From assembly GCA_035504755.1 (NCBI GenBank), contig DATJRM010000024.1, positions 765 through 64,764 on the forward strand: a stretch of DNA of 64,000 bases, written 5' to 3'. The notes below the pieces were generated by a model that saw nothing but the letters and a program-made list of their open reading frames with translations, ran no database searches and was not told where the DNA came from. Source of the DNA: Candidatus Acidiferrales bacterium. Lineage in GTDB: Bacteria > Vulcanimicrobiota > Vulcanimicrobiia > Vulcanimicrobiales > Vulcanimicrobiaceae. Shown piece by piece: positions 1 through 8,176 of this stretch. The translations under genes were made by a program, and so were the position numbers. Numbering within the stretch: the first letter of the stretch is position 1; each line of letters starts with the position of its first letter.

Positions 1-2411
1 GAGGTACCGTAGAGCATCGTTTTCAACGGTATCGAGAACAGCGAAGCCAAGACCACACCGATGAGGACTCCGACGCCACCGCGCGCGACGGCATCGCCGC
101 ATACGTGGCGACCGATCGTCACCGGAGATGCGCCGACGGCGCTTCGGATTCCGAACTCCCGCGTCCGGCGCGCGACCGAGTACGCCGTCAGGGCGTAGAT
201 CCCGGAAAGTGCAAGGACCAGAGCAATGAAGGCCAAGATCCCAAAAACGGCGGCGCTGATTTGCGGAACGGCCAACTGCTGCTCCATTAGCGTGTCGTAT
301 GAGATGACGCGGGGTTCGGGAAGCGACGGACCCGCTTGCAGCGTCGCCCGAAGGATCTCAGCCGACGCGTTGCGCGCCCCCTCCGGCATGCGGAACACGA
401 ATTGCAGAAAACCCCACGCTTGGGCCATCGGCAAATAAAGCATCGGTGCTTGCGCTTCCCCATACGCCTGTGGAACGGATTTAACGACTCCGACGACCGT
501 GCAACCGCGTTGCGTGCTGAAAACGTCGGGTGTGAGAATCCGGCCGACAGCATCGACGGTGCCGTAATACTCGTGCGCCAGCGTTTCATCGACAATCGCC
601 ACGCAGGGCGCGCCCGCATCGTCGGAAGCTCTAAATGTCCGGCCGAGCAGTATCGGGATGCGCAACGTGTTGAAATACTGCGGCGTCACCGCGTTGTAGA
701 GCGTCGTCACCGGCGCCGCGCCGGGCCTCATCGTTACGCCAACCGTGGAGCAGCAGCTCAGCGGGACCTCGACCGAGGCTGCCACGTTGTCCATCCCAAG
801 GCTCGACTGCAACGTTGCAATGACCCTCTGCACGTACGTTCGCATCTGAGTCTTGGTTACGGAACCATCATGTGGAAGCCTCACGGTAGCGACGTAGAGA
901 TTCGACGGATCGAAACCTAGGGGCACCTGCGTCATCGCAACCGCGCTGTGGAAGATCAACGTCGACGCCGCGACAAGGACCGTCGCAAGCGCGATTTCCA
1001 CCACCACGAGTCGAGCGAGTGTCTTTCGCACCTGGAATCCGTCGCCGCCGCGACCGACTGATTGCAGCGACTCGCCGATCCTGCGGCCGCTACGTCCGAG
1101 CCCGGGCAAAAGACCCGTGCTTACCGTGGCCGCGAGCACAAGCACGGATGCATAGACGGCGAGCCACGGCCTCATACCGAGCGCGGCTGTTTGCGCCGGA
1201 TACGCTGCGAGCAGAGAAAGCGAAGAAAGCTCGCGGAGCAGGGGACAAGCCAGGACGAGGCCGACCGCGCAGCCCAGAAGCGCTTGGAGAAACGCTTCGA
1301 TCGTCAACTGGGACGCGATGCGGGCAGGCGAAGCGCCCAACGCCACGCGCACCGTAAGGTCGCCGGCTCTCGTGGTGTTCCGCGCGATGTTCAAGGCAGC
1401 AACGTTCACGAAAGCGATCGCGATAACGATCGACACAAAGACGTAAAGCAGGAGCAGCAGTGGTTCGATCGGTCCGGAGAGATCGTCCGCGATCGGTGTA
1501 ACCCGCACGCAACAAACCCGTTCCTTCACGCTGACGCGACGCTTTACAATCGTCGCCAAGCTTGCCTGGATTTGACCGGTAAGGCTACGCCCGCTCAATC
1601 CGGCACGAACGCGGACGATCGCATTGTAATTATAATTGAAGGTTGCGATCGATCTTGGATCATGTGGATTGATCGAATGCCAGTACGAGCGCTCAACGAA
1701 GCCATACGGCGTTGGATCGTGAAACGCGGGCGGCGCGACACCGACGATCTGATAGGAATGTAATCCAAGGCGCAGGAGCTGCCCAAGCGCGCCCGGCCCG
1801 CCAGCGTAGTGGGCGCGCCAGAACTCGTACGAGATGACGACTTGTGACGTGTCTGCCGTCGCCTTCGAGAAAAAGTGCCCAAGCACTGGTCGGATGCCGA
1901 GCAGGCCGAAGTAGTTCGGCGATACGGTCGCACCGTCAACGAGCAGTGGCCTCCCTTGCGTTGAGAACACCACGCGTTCCGGAGCCGCCAGCGCGAGGTC
2001 GGCATACAGGCCTATTGCACGGGCGAGCGATTGCGCATCGGGGTATGACATCGCGCGCCCTAGGTCCGTCTCTTGGGCAAAGAGTAACTGGCCGGGCTGC
2101 GAAAACGGCAAAGGGCGTAACATGAATCCTTCGACCAGCGATGCAACCACGACGTTCGCCGCGATCGCCAGGCCCATCGCGATAACGGCGACCGCGGTCA
2201 CGAGCGGAGCCCGGAACAACGAGCGCCCGGCGGTTTGAACGTCGCGCCCGATCGCCTCGATCCTCATCAGCGCGCCCGTTACGGCGATATCCCAGGCGGC
2301 TGCCCGCCAATCGCCGGCCTCGAATTCGGCGGTCAGCTGCTCGCGGTAATGATCACGAAATGCTCTTGGGCAGAGCAAGAGGGAGAGGCGAAGAACGATA
2401 CGCTTGTGCAT
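1..2411 (-). CDS. ABC-type efflux permease, duplicated FtsX/MacB-like (ADOP-type); C-terminus runs off the left window edge
   Basis: Absent from the ORF track because the frame stays open to the window edge. My translation from ATG 2411..2409 (minus) reads MHKRIVLRLSLLLCPRAFRDHYREQL...LFRAPLVTAVAVIAMGLAIAANVVVASLVEGFMLRPLPF. The same frame near nt 185 reads AYSVARRTREFGIRSAVGASP, an FtsX-domain loop. The layout parallels the full-length permeases at 42029 and 45046. Confidence 0.8.
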   Translation of the reverse strand, partial: MHKRIVLRLSLLLCPRAFRDHYREQLTAEFEAGDWRAAAWDIAVTGALMRIEAIGRDVQTAGRSLFRAPLVTAVAVIAMGLAIAANVVVASLVEGFMLRPLPFSQPGQLLFAQETDLGRAMSYPDAQSLARAIGLYADLALAAPERVVFSTQGRPLLVDGATVSPNYFGLLGIRPVLGHFFSKATADTSQVVISYEFWRAHYAGGPGALGQLLRLGLHSYQIVGVAPPAFHDPTPYGFVERSYWHSINPHDPRSIATFNYNYNAIVRVRAGLSGRSLTGQIQASLATIVKRRVSVKERVCCVRVTPIADDLSGPIEPLLLLLYVFVSIVIAIAFVNVAALNIARNTTRAGDLTVRVALGASPARIASQLTIEAFLQALLGCAVGLVLACPLLRELSSLSLLAAYPAQTAALGMRPWLAVYASVLVLAATVSTGLLPGLGRSGRRIGESLQSVGRGGDGFQVRKTLARLVVVEIALATVLVAASTLIFHSAVAMTQVPLGFDPSNLYVATVRLPHDGSVTKTQMRTYVQRVIATLQSSLGMDNVAASVEVPLSCCSTVGVTMRPGAAPVTTLYNAVTPQYFNTLRIPILLGRTFRASDDAGAPCVAIVDETLAHEYYGTVDAVGRILTPDVFSTQRGCTVVGVVKSVPQAYGEAQAPMLYLPMAQAWGFLQFVFRMPEGARNASAEILRATLQAGPSLPEPRVISYDTLMEQQLAVPQISAAVFGILAFIALVLALSGIYALTAYSVARRTREFGIRSAVGASPVTIGRHVCGDAVARGGVGVLIGVVLASLFSIPLKTMLYGT

Positions 2412-2633
2412 CGGCCCTCCGTTCGTTCGCGTTCGAGTATACACTATCGGTGGATTCGGTTCACGGGCGCGGCGCGTTCTTCGGAAAATCGCCGGAGTGC
2501 GACTTTTGGCACGCCCGACGGCGGCCACGGTTGACGAGTTGATACCCTTTGTGGGATACTGACCCGTCCCACCCCGCGCCATCTTTCGACTTGACTGCGA
2601 TTGAATTGCGCACACTCGAAAGATTGAAGACTC

Positions 2634-3809
2634 ATTTCTACCTTTGCTCAGCTCGGATTGCACCCGAGCCTTCTCCGCGCGCTCAGCGATCTCAAATTCA
2701 CCGAACCCACGCCTATTCAAGCGCAGGCCATCCCGCCCGCCCTTGAGGGTCGCGACGTGCTCGGCGGCGCGCAAACCGGAAGCGGCAAATCCGCCGCCTT
2801 CGGCCTTCCGATCATCCAGTCGCTCATCGAGGAACGCGGAAAGACGCGCGGCCTGGTGCTGGTACCGACGCGTGAACTGGCCGAACAAGTCGCGACGCAT
2901 CTCACCGCTCTAGCCAAGTACACGAACGTGCGCGTTGCCGCGGTATACGGCGGCGTCGGTTTCGGCCCTCAGGTCGCCGCGTTCCGCGGCGGCGTCGAAG
3001 TCATCGTCGCCACGCCCGGACGACTGATGGATCTGATGCAAAGCGGTCACGCACGGCTCGGAGCGATCCGCACCGTCGTGCTCGACGAAGCCGATCGCAT
3101 GCTCGACATGGGATTTCTCCCGAGCGTGCGCCGCATTTTGAGCGCTCTGCCGCAGCAGCGGCAAACGTTGTTCTTCTCGGCCACCCTGCCGCCCGCGATC
3201 TCCGTCCTGGTGCGCGAGATGCTGCACGATCCCGTTCGCGTGGAGCTTGCGCCGAAAAGTGCCGCCGTCGCGACGCTGCGTCAGACCCTGTATGCGGTTC
3301 CAAACGAAAAGAAGACCGAGCTGCTCTTGGAGCTGCTGAAAGATAATCGGATCTATCAAGCGATCGCCTTCACGCGCACGAAATCGCGCGCAAACCGCCT
3401 CGCCGCCGCGCTTGCGAAAAACGACGTTCCGACGGACTTGATCCACGGCGATCGCACGCAAGGGCAGCGAACGCGTGCGCTGAGCAATCTGAAGAAGGGC
3501 AAGTGCCGCGTGCTCGTCGCCACGGATATCGCCTCGCGCGGCATCGACGTGGCGGACCTCGGGCACGTCATCAATTTCGACGTACCGCTCGCAGCAGAAG
3601 ACTACGTACACCGCGTCGGGCGGACCGCCCGCGCGATGGCCGAGGGTGACGCGATCACCTTCGTTTCATCGGATGAAGAATCGCTCGTACGCCGGATCGA
3701 GTTCGCTCTGGGCAAGCGGCTCGATCGATCGGTTAATCCACTCGACCCGAAGGCGAGCATCGAGCCGCCGAAGCCGCGTGTCGTGTATCGGGCACGCCGG
3801 CGCCGCTAG
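2634..3809 (+). CDS. ATP-dependent DEAD-box RNA helicase (RhlE-like)
   Basis: The ORF has a Q motif TEPTPIQ, Walker A AQTGSGKSAAF, VLDEADRMLDMGF, SAT and HRVGRTAR. The track start is TTG 2658. I set the 5' end to ATT 2634 because the conserved upstream Phe of the Q motif (2643-2645) precedes the first canonical start. The start remains uncertain. Confidence 0.9.
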   Translation: MSTFAQLGLHPSLLRALSDLKFTEPTPIQAQAIPPALEGRDVLGGAQTGSGKSAAFGLPIIQSLIEERGKTRGLVLVPTRELAEQVATHLTALAKYTNVRVAAVYGGVGFGPQVAAFRGGVEVIVATPGRLMDLMQSGHARLGAIRTVVLDEADRMLDMGFLPSVRRILSALPQQRQTLFFSATLPPAISVLVREMLHDPVRVELAPKSAAVATLRQTLYAVPNEKKTELLLELLKDNRIYQAIAFTRTKSRANRLAAALAKNDVPTDLIHGDRTQGQRTRALSNLKKGKCRVLVATDIASRGIDVADLGHVINFDVPLAAEDYVHRVGRTARAMAEGDAITFVSSDEESLVRRIEFALGKRLDRSVNPLDPKASIEPPKPRVVYRARRRR

Positions 3810-3827
3810 ACTATAAGGAGTACGATC

Positions 3828-4121
3828 ATCGCTCGTAAGCGCAGCACCGACCGCAAAGAAGCAAAAGCACGTCCCGTTCAAGATAACCGCGAGGCGCCGC
3901 TCGAGGTCTACGGAAGCGTCAAACAGGTTTTCCCCAGCACGCTGTTTTCCGTCGAACTCGATAACGGCCACATCGTGCTCGCGCACATTGCGGGCCGTCT
4001 ACGCCGGCACCGCATCAAAATTCTTCCCGGCGATCGCGTCGATCTCGAGCTTTCGCCCTACGACTTGACCAAAGGACGCATCGTCTATCGCTATCGCGCC
4101 GGAGAAGCACGCCGGACCTAG
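3828..4121 (+). CDS. infA: translation initiation factor IF-1
   Basis: Not in the ORF track because it has no ATG/GTG/TTG start. My translation is ...[66 protein letters not shown]. It follows the IF-1 S1/OB fold closely (compare E. coli [40 protein letters not shown].KGRI). AAGGAG lies at 3815-3820, ATC codons at 3825 and 3828, and the TAG stop at 4119-4121. Confidence 0.85.
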   Translation: MARKRSTDRKEAKARPVQDNREAPLEVYGSVKQVFPSTLFSVELDNGHIVLAHIAGRLRRHRIKILPGDRVDLELSPYDLTKGRIVYRYRAGEARRT

Positions 4122-4784
4122 CTACACGCTCGAGTAATCGATGGTGCTGAACGTCAAGAAGTAGATGATCATCACCCAGTAGATCAGGTACGATACGAGC
4201 GGCAAGAAGAAGGCGAAGATCAGGCCGACGACGCGGATGTAGAGCGAAAATCGGATGCGGCGATAGGTCGCGCGCGCATGTTCGGGCGGTACGTCCGCCT
4301 TATACGCGCCGCTCACGATGAGGTGGCGCGACATCAAGAAGCCAAGAAGCGCGCCGACCAGCAGCACGATGGAGTACAAAACCGCGGCTGCCGGAAGCGT
4401 CGGATATGTGCCCGCCACGTTGGTCGCATACGGGATGAACGCCGCGACGACGAGGAACGCCGTGGTCAAGAGGATCGTCGTATGGTCGAGGATGCGCACC
4501 CCATGGAACATCGCGCTGTGAAGCCGCCAGTAGTTGACCATGATGAAAAAGCTCAAGAGAAAGGCCAGCAGCCTCGGCCACTGGGATGCCAGCGCGTGCA
4601 CGAGCGCCCCGTTGTTCGCATCGCCGAGCACCGGAACGGCGAAGTTCAAGACGAGCAGCGTCGCCGAAATAGTGAAGATTCCGTCCGCGAATTGCTCGAG
4701 CCGGCTAGGCGTCATTGGGGCGTCTACGCGGAGGTATCGAGGTAATCCCTCTGCGGCCCGACCCTCCCGAATATGGGTAAACAC
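4122..4784 (-). CDS. TMEM175-family (DUF1211) potassium channel-like membrane protein
   Basis: The signature RLEQFADGIFTISATLLVL (the RxxxFSDGVFAIAITLLVL type) is followed by multiple TM helices. The start could be GTG 4784 or the internal ATG 4715 (MTPSRLEQ). Confidence 0.7.
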   Translation of the reverse strand: MFTHIREGRAAEGLPRYLRVDAPMTPSRLEQFADGIFTISATLLVLNFAVPVLGDANNGALVHALASQWPRLLAFLLSFFIMVNYWRLHSAMFHGVRILDHTTILLTTAFLVVAAFIPYATNVAGTYPTLPAAAVLYSIVLLVGALLGFLMSRHLIVSGAYKADVPPEHARATYRRIRFSLYIRVVGLIFAFFLPLVSYLIYWVMIIYFLTFSTIDYSSV

Positions 4785-4937
4785 GTCCTCATGAGGTCGT
4801 ACTGAAATGCGTGTACCTACGGTTGTGGCGATCGTCTACGTGATCGCGATGGTGGCCGTGGTCTTCGGGCTGCGTTTCGTGGGAAATCCGCGAACGCCAT
4901 TGAACAGAGGTGCTACGGTGCCGCGCGGAGGCTGGAT

Positions 4938-5714
4938 ATGCGTCGAACTCGGTTCATCGTCGGTGTGGGTGCATTCGCCGCGGTAGCGGTGACGCTCACG
5001 CGCGCCGCATTGAGCGAGGCCGCCGAGCCGGTCGCACTCGGCGCCGGCGGCGCTCTTTACGAGTTCACGGTTCACGGAAACGGTGTCGATGCCGATTGCG
5101 TTGCGGCGGTTCTTCCTCAGAACGCCTTTGAAGCACGTATTCTTTCGAACCGGCTCAGACCCGGCGACATTGCGATCGTCACCGACCTTGCCGAGGAGAC
5201 GAATGCGATCGTCGGTATCAACGGCGGCTTTTTCAGCGACACGGGGTATCCGGACGGTCTGCTGATCCTCGACGGGAAGAGAATCGGCTACGCCCGCGAC
5301 GATTGGAAGGGCTTTTTCTCGATCGACGAGTCGGGTGCGGCCAGCATCGCAACGGCCGCCCTTCCGCAGGCGCGTTACGCGATGCAAGGCTTCCCGATGT
5401 TGATCGAACCCGGTGGCGTCATGGGCATACGCAAAGACGATCGCGTGCAAACGCGCCGCTCCATCATCGCGCAAAGCGGTTCTACGCTCGTAGCGATGGT
5501 CGCGTCGCAGATCTCGCTTTTCGAACTAGCTTCCATGCTGATGGATAATCCCGGCGCATTCGGGCTGCCGCATTTCGACACCGCGCTCAATCTCAGCGGC
5601 TCGGCAACGAGCGGCTTCTTTGCGCGAACGCCGAAGGGGCGAAAAGTGATCGTGCAGGCGCGGGCGTCCAGCCGCGACGTGATCGCTTTCTACAATAGAG
5701 CGACGGAGGAGTAA
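4938..5714 (+). CDS. secreted phosphodiester glycosidase family protein (DUF2233/NAGPA-like)
   Basis: It has a Tat-like/signal N-terminus MRRTRFIVGVGAFAAVAVTLTRAA. GINGGFF...DGLLILDGK...QGFPMLIEPGG...RRSIIAQ is typical of this family. Confidence 0.65.
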   Translation: MRRTRFIVGVGAFAAVAVTLTRAALSEAAEPVALGAGGALYEFTVHGNGVDADCVAAVLPQNAFEARILSNRLRPGDIAIVTDLAEETNAIVGINGGFFSDTGYPDGLLILDGKRIGYARDDWKGFFSIDESGAASIATAALPQARYAMQGFPMLIEPGGVMGIRKDDRVQTRRSIIAQSGSTLVAMVASQISLFELASMLMDNPGAFGLPHFDTALNLSGSATSGFFARTPKGRKVIVQARASSRDVIAFYNRATEE

Positions 5715-6073
5715 TGGCCGATCTTTCCATGTTCGGGGATGCAGGGCACAGCGAACAATTCCCCGCGGGCCATGAGTTTTTCGTGGCAGGCGACGCCGGC
5801 GACCTGATGTACGTGGTCCTCAAGGGTGAAGTCGAGATCGTCATCAACGGCAAGGTCGTCGAGACGGTCCGGGCCGGCGGCCTGTTCGGCGAGATGGCCA
5901 TCATCGACCACCATGAGCGCAGCGCGACGGCTCGCGTGAAGACGCCGGTAGAAGTCGCGACCATGGATCAAAAGCGGTTCATCGCGATGCTCTCGGTCAA
6001 TCCGTTTTTCGCGATCGAAGTGATGACCGTAATGGCCGAGCGTCTGCGCCTGCTCAATCAAGCTTTGCTCTAG
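5714..6073 (+). CDS. cyclic nucleotide-binding domain protein (no DNA-binding domain)
   Basis: It shows the cNMP-binding beta-roll pattern GDLMYVVLKGEVEIV...GGLFGEMAIID...RSATARV. The start overlaps the upstream stop (TAATG). Confidence 0.75.
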   Translation: MADLSMFGDAGHSEQFPAGHEFFVAGDAGDLMYVVLKGEVEIVINGKVVETVRAGGLFGEMAIIDHHERSATARVKTPVEVATMDQKRFIAMLSVNPFFAIEVMTVMAERLRLLNQALL

Positions 6074-6085
6074 GCTTCTGCGACG

Positions 6086-6757
6086 ATGTGGGCGATGCTC
6101 GCGCTCTCGGCAATCGCGGGAGCAGTCGACTGCATCGGGTATCTGTTGCTCGTCGAGGTCTTCACCTCGCACATCAGCGGCGACACGGTCGGCGGCAGCG
6201 TCTATGCCGTCCTCGGTGACTGGTCCAAAGCCGCTCCGCGCGCGGAAGCCGTCGCCACGTTCTTCGCCGGCAACGTCGTCGGCATTTGGATCAGCGACGC
6301 CCTCTTGGCGCATCCGGCGCGTCGCGTCGTCGCGGGCGTCGGAGCGCTGGAAGTTGCGTTGCTCGCGGCATTCGTCGCTTTCGCGCGGCCGCCGAGCCCG
6401 TGGATGGTGCTCTGGCCGGCGACGGCGATGGGGGTGCAGAACGCGATGGTGCGACGCGCGGGCTATAAAGAACTGCGCACCACCTTCGTCACGGGGATGC
6501 TCTCGAACACCGCGCTCGCCTGCGCCGAGCTGTTCAAGGAACTCTTCTTCGGGGTACACCGTGGCGAGGCGGGCCGGAGATTCCGCGAGTTTAGGGTCTT
6601 TGGCGGAACCTGGCTGGCATTTGCGGCCGGCGGGGCCATTGGCGCGGCCGCCGATATCAGGCTCGGCGTCGCGTCACTGTTCGTGCCGATCGCGGGGCTC
6701 GTCGCGCTGATCGTCCTGGATCTGATCCGGCCGCTCGAGCGGTCCGGCGAACCGTGA
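6086..6757 (+). CDS. YoaK/DUF1275 family membrane protein
   Basis: It is a multi-TM protein with the N-terminal pattern AGAVDCIGYLLLVEVFTSHISGDTV, typical of DUF1275. Confidence 0.6.
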   Translation: MWAMLALSAIAGAVDCIGYLLLVEVFTSHISGDTVGGSVYAVLGDWSKAAPRAEAVATFFAGNVVGIWISDALLAHPARRVVAGVGALEVALLAAFVAFARPPSPWMVLWPATAMGVQNAMVRRAGYKELRTTFVTGMLSNTALACAELFKELFFGVHRGEAGRRFREFRVFGGTWLAFAAGGAIGAAADIRLGVASLFVPIAGLVALIVLDLIRPLERSGEP

Positions 6758-6766
6758 TTCCTTCGT

Positions 6767-7237
6767 TTACAGCAAACGCGGCGGATCCGGAGCGATCGCC
6801 CCTTCGAGCTCGAGCAGCGCGCGTTTGAGCGGAAGACCGCCGCCGAATCCCGTCAGCGTCCCGTCCGCGCCGATCACGCGCCCGACCGCACGGGCGCCGT
6901 TCTCGAGGCCGAACTCCGCGGCGATCGCGCCGTACGAGATCGTCGTGCCGTAGGGGATCTCGCCTAACCGCCTCCATACACGCTGCTCGAACGGTGTGCC
7001 GCGCGGAGCGAGCGGCAGGTCGAACGAGCGGCGACGGGCGCTGAAGTACTCGACCAGCTGCTGCTGCGCATCGCGCATTCCGGCAGCGGCGGCGCGTGGG
7101 AAGGGCGGGCGTGTCGACGCCGCTCGTCCGCGATTGGGAAGCCAAAGCTCGACGAGCACGCCGTCGGTATCCACCGCGAGCTTCAGCTCGCCGTACGCCG
7201 TATCGAGCGTCGATCGAAAAAGGGCCATTTGTACCAT
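6767..7237 (-). CDS. Ogt/MGMT (methylated-DNA-protein-cysteine methyltransferase) homologue lacking the PCHR active-site segment
   Basis: The N-terminal domain and the HTH part (RVWRRLGEIPYGTTISYGAIAAEFG...ARAVG) are intact, as is the C-terminal RVIGADGTLTGFGGGLPLKRALLELEG. The roughly 15 residues that normally lie between RAVG and RVIG (xNPxxIxVPCH) are absent. The whole protein contains no cysteine. Confidence 0.7.
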   Translation of the reverse strand: MVQMALFRSTLDTAYGELKLAVDTDGVLVELWLPNRGRAASTRPPFPRAAAAGMRDAQQQLVEYFSARRRSFDLPLAPRGTPFEQRVWRRLGEIPYGTTISYGAIAAEFGLENGARAVGRVIGADGTLTGFGGGLPLKRALLELEGAIAPDPPRLL

Positions 7238-7354
7238 GGGCTTTACGTCCTAAACCTCCGGTTTACTGCGGCTTTACGGAGCGGGCACGCCGACTTAACC
7301 CAGTAAACGTCGTGTAGACTCTTCGCCGAATCGCGCACATCCGAACACCAAAAC

Positions 7355-8176
7355 ATGGAAACGGCGCTCACGGTTTTATTGGGCCTCGTAGCTTCGTTTT
7401 TCGGAAGCTTGGTCGGCTTCGGAGGCGGGTTCATTTCGGTGCCCGCACTGCGGATCTTCGGCCATGTCAGTCCGCAGACCGTCGCTGCCACGTCGCTCTT
7501 CATGGTCGGCGTCAACGTTGCGGTCGCTTCGTTTGCGCTGCGAAAGAAGAAGCGCATCAACGTGCGCATGGGCCGCGCGCTGGGCCTCGGCGGCGTCGCC
7601 GGCGGTTTCCTCGGCGTCTTCATGCTGCGCTTCGTCAGCGGCGGACAGTTCGACGTCCTCTACGGCTTGATGCTGATCTTCATCGCGTTCAACATGCTCC
7701 GGCCGGCGCGCGGCGAGCAGCTCGCCGATACCGAGATCGAATCGCCTCGTTCGCGTGAAGCCGGAAGCCTCGAACTCGGCCTCGCCGGCGCCATCGTCGG
7801 ATTCTTCTCCACGCTCTTCGGCCTGGGTGCCGGAACGGTCGCGATTCCCATGCTGATGTGGCGCTATAAACTGCCTGCATACGTTGCGATGCCGACCGCC
7901 TCGTTCATCGCCGTGATCTACGTCTGGCCGAGCGTCTTCCTTCAGATCGCCGCGCATCGCGTCGATTGGGCCCTGGCGATCCCGCTCTCGCTCGGCGCGG
8001 TCATCGGCGCGCATTTCGGCGCGCGCTATTCGAATCGTCTGCGTTCGCCGCAGCTCAAGCGCGTCTTCGGCGTCATCTGCGTCTGCGCGTTCTTCAGCCT
8101 TACCTTGAAGCATCTTCCGGATCTTCTGCAACACTCCGCGGCGGTCGCGGCAACCATTACGAAGGTGGCACACTGA
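7355..8176 (+). CDS. TSUP (TauE/SafE, DUF81) family anion exporter
   Basis: It has a multi-TM profile with N-terminus LVASFFGSLVGFGGGFISVPAL, typical of the family. It is a paralogue of 56239..57024. Confidence 0.8.
   Translation: METALTVLLGLVASFFGSLVGFGGGFISVPALRIFGHVSPQTVAATSLFMVGVNVAVASFALRKKKRINVRMGRALGLGGVAGGFLGVFMLRFVSGGQFDVLYGLMLIFIAFNMLRPARGEQLADTEIESPRSREAGSLELGLAGAIVGFFSTLFGLGAGTVAIPMLMWRYKLPAYVAMPTASFIAVIYVWPSVFLQIAAHRVDWALAIPLSLGAVIGAHFGARYSNRLRSPQLKRVFGVICVCAFFSLTLKHLPDLLQHSAAVAATITKVAH

Noticed and set aside
2444-2635. The 63-aa minus-strand ORF upstream of the first permease as its missing PadR regulator
   Set aside because: The sequence has no winged-helix PadR pattern and looks like off-frame noise. 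This region is better explained as the divergent promoter and leader region of the helicase.
3807-3830. Programmed TAG readthrough producing a helicase-IF-1 fusion as the main product
   Set aside because: The same frame makes it possible. However, a strong SD with correctly spaced ATC codons lies between the two genes, which favours independent initiation. I kept readthrough only as an alternative to test.
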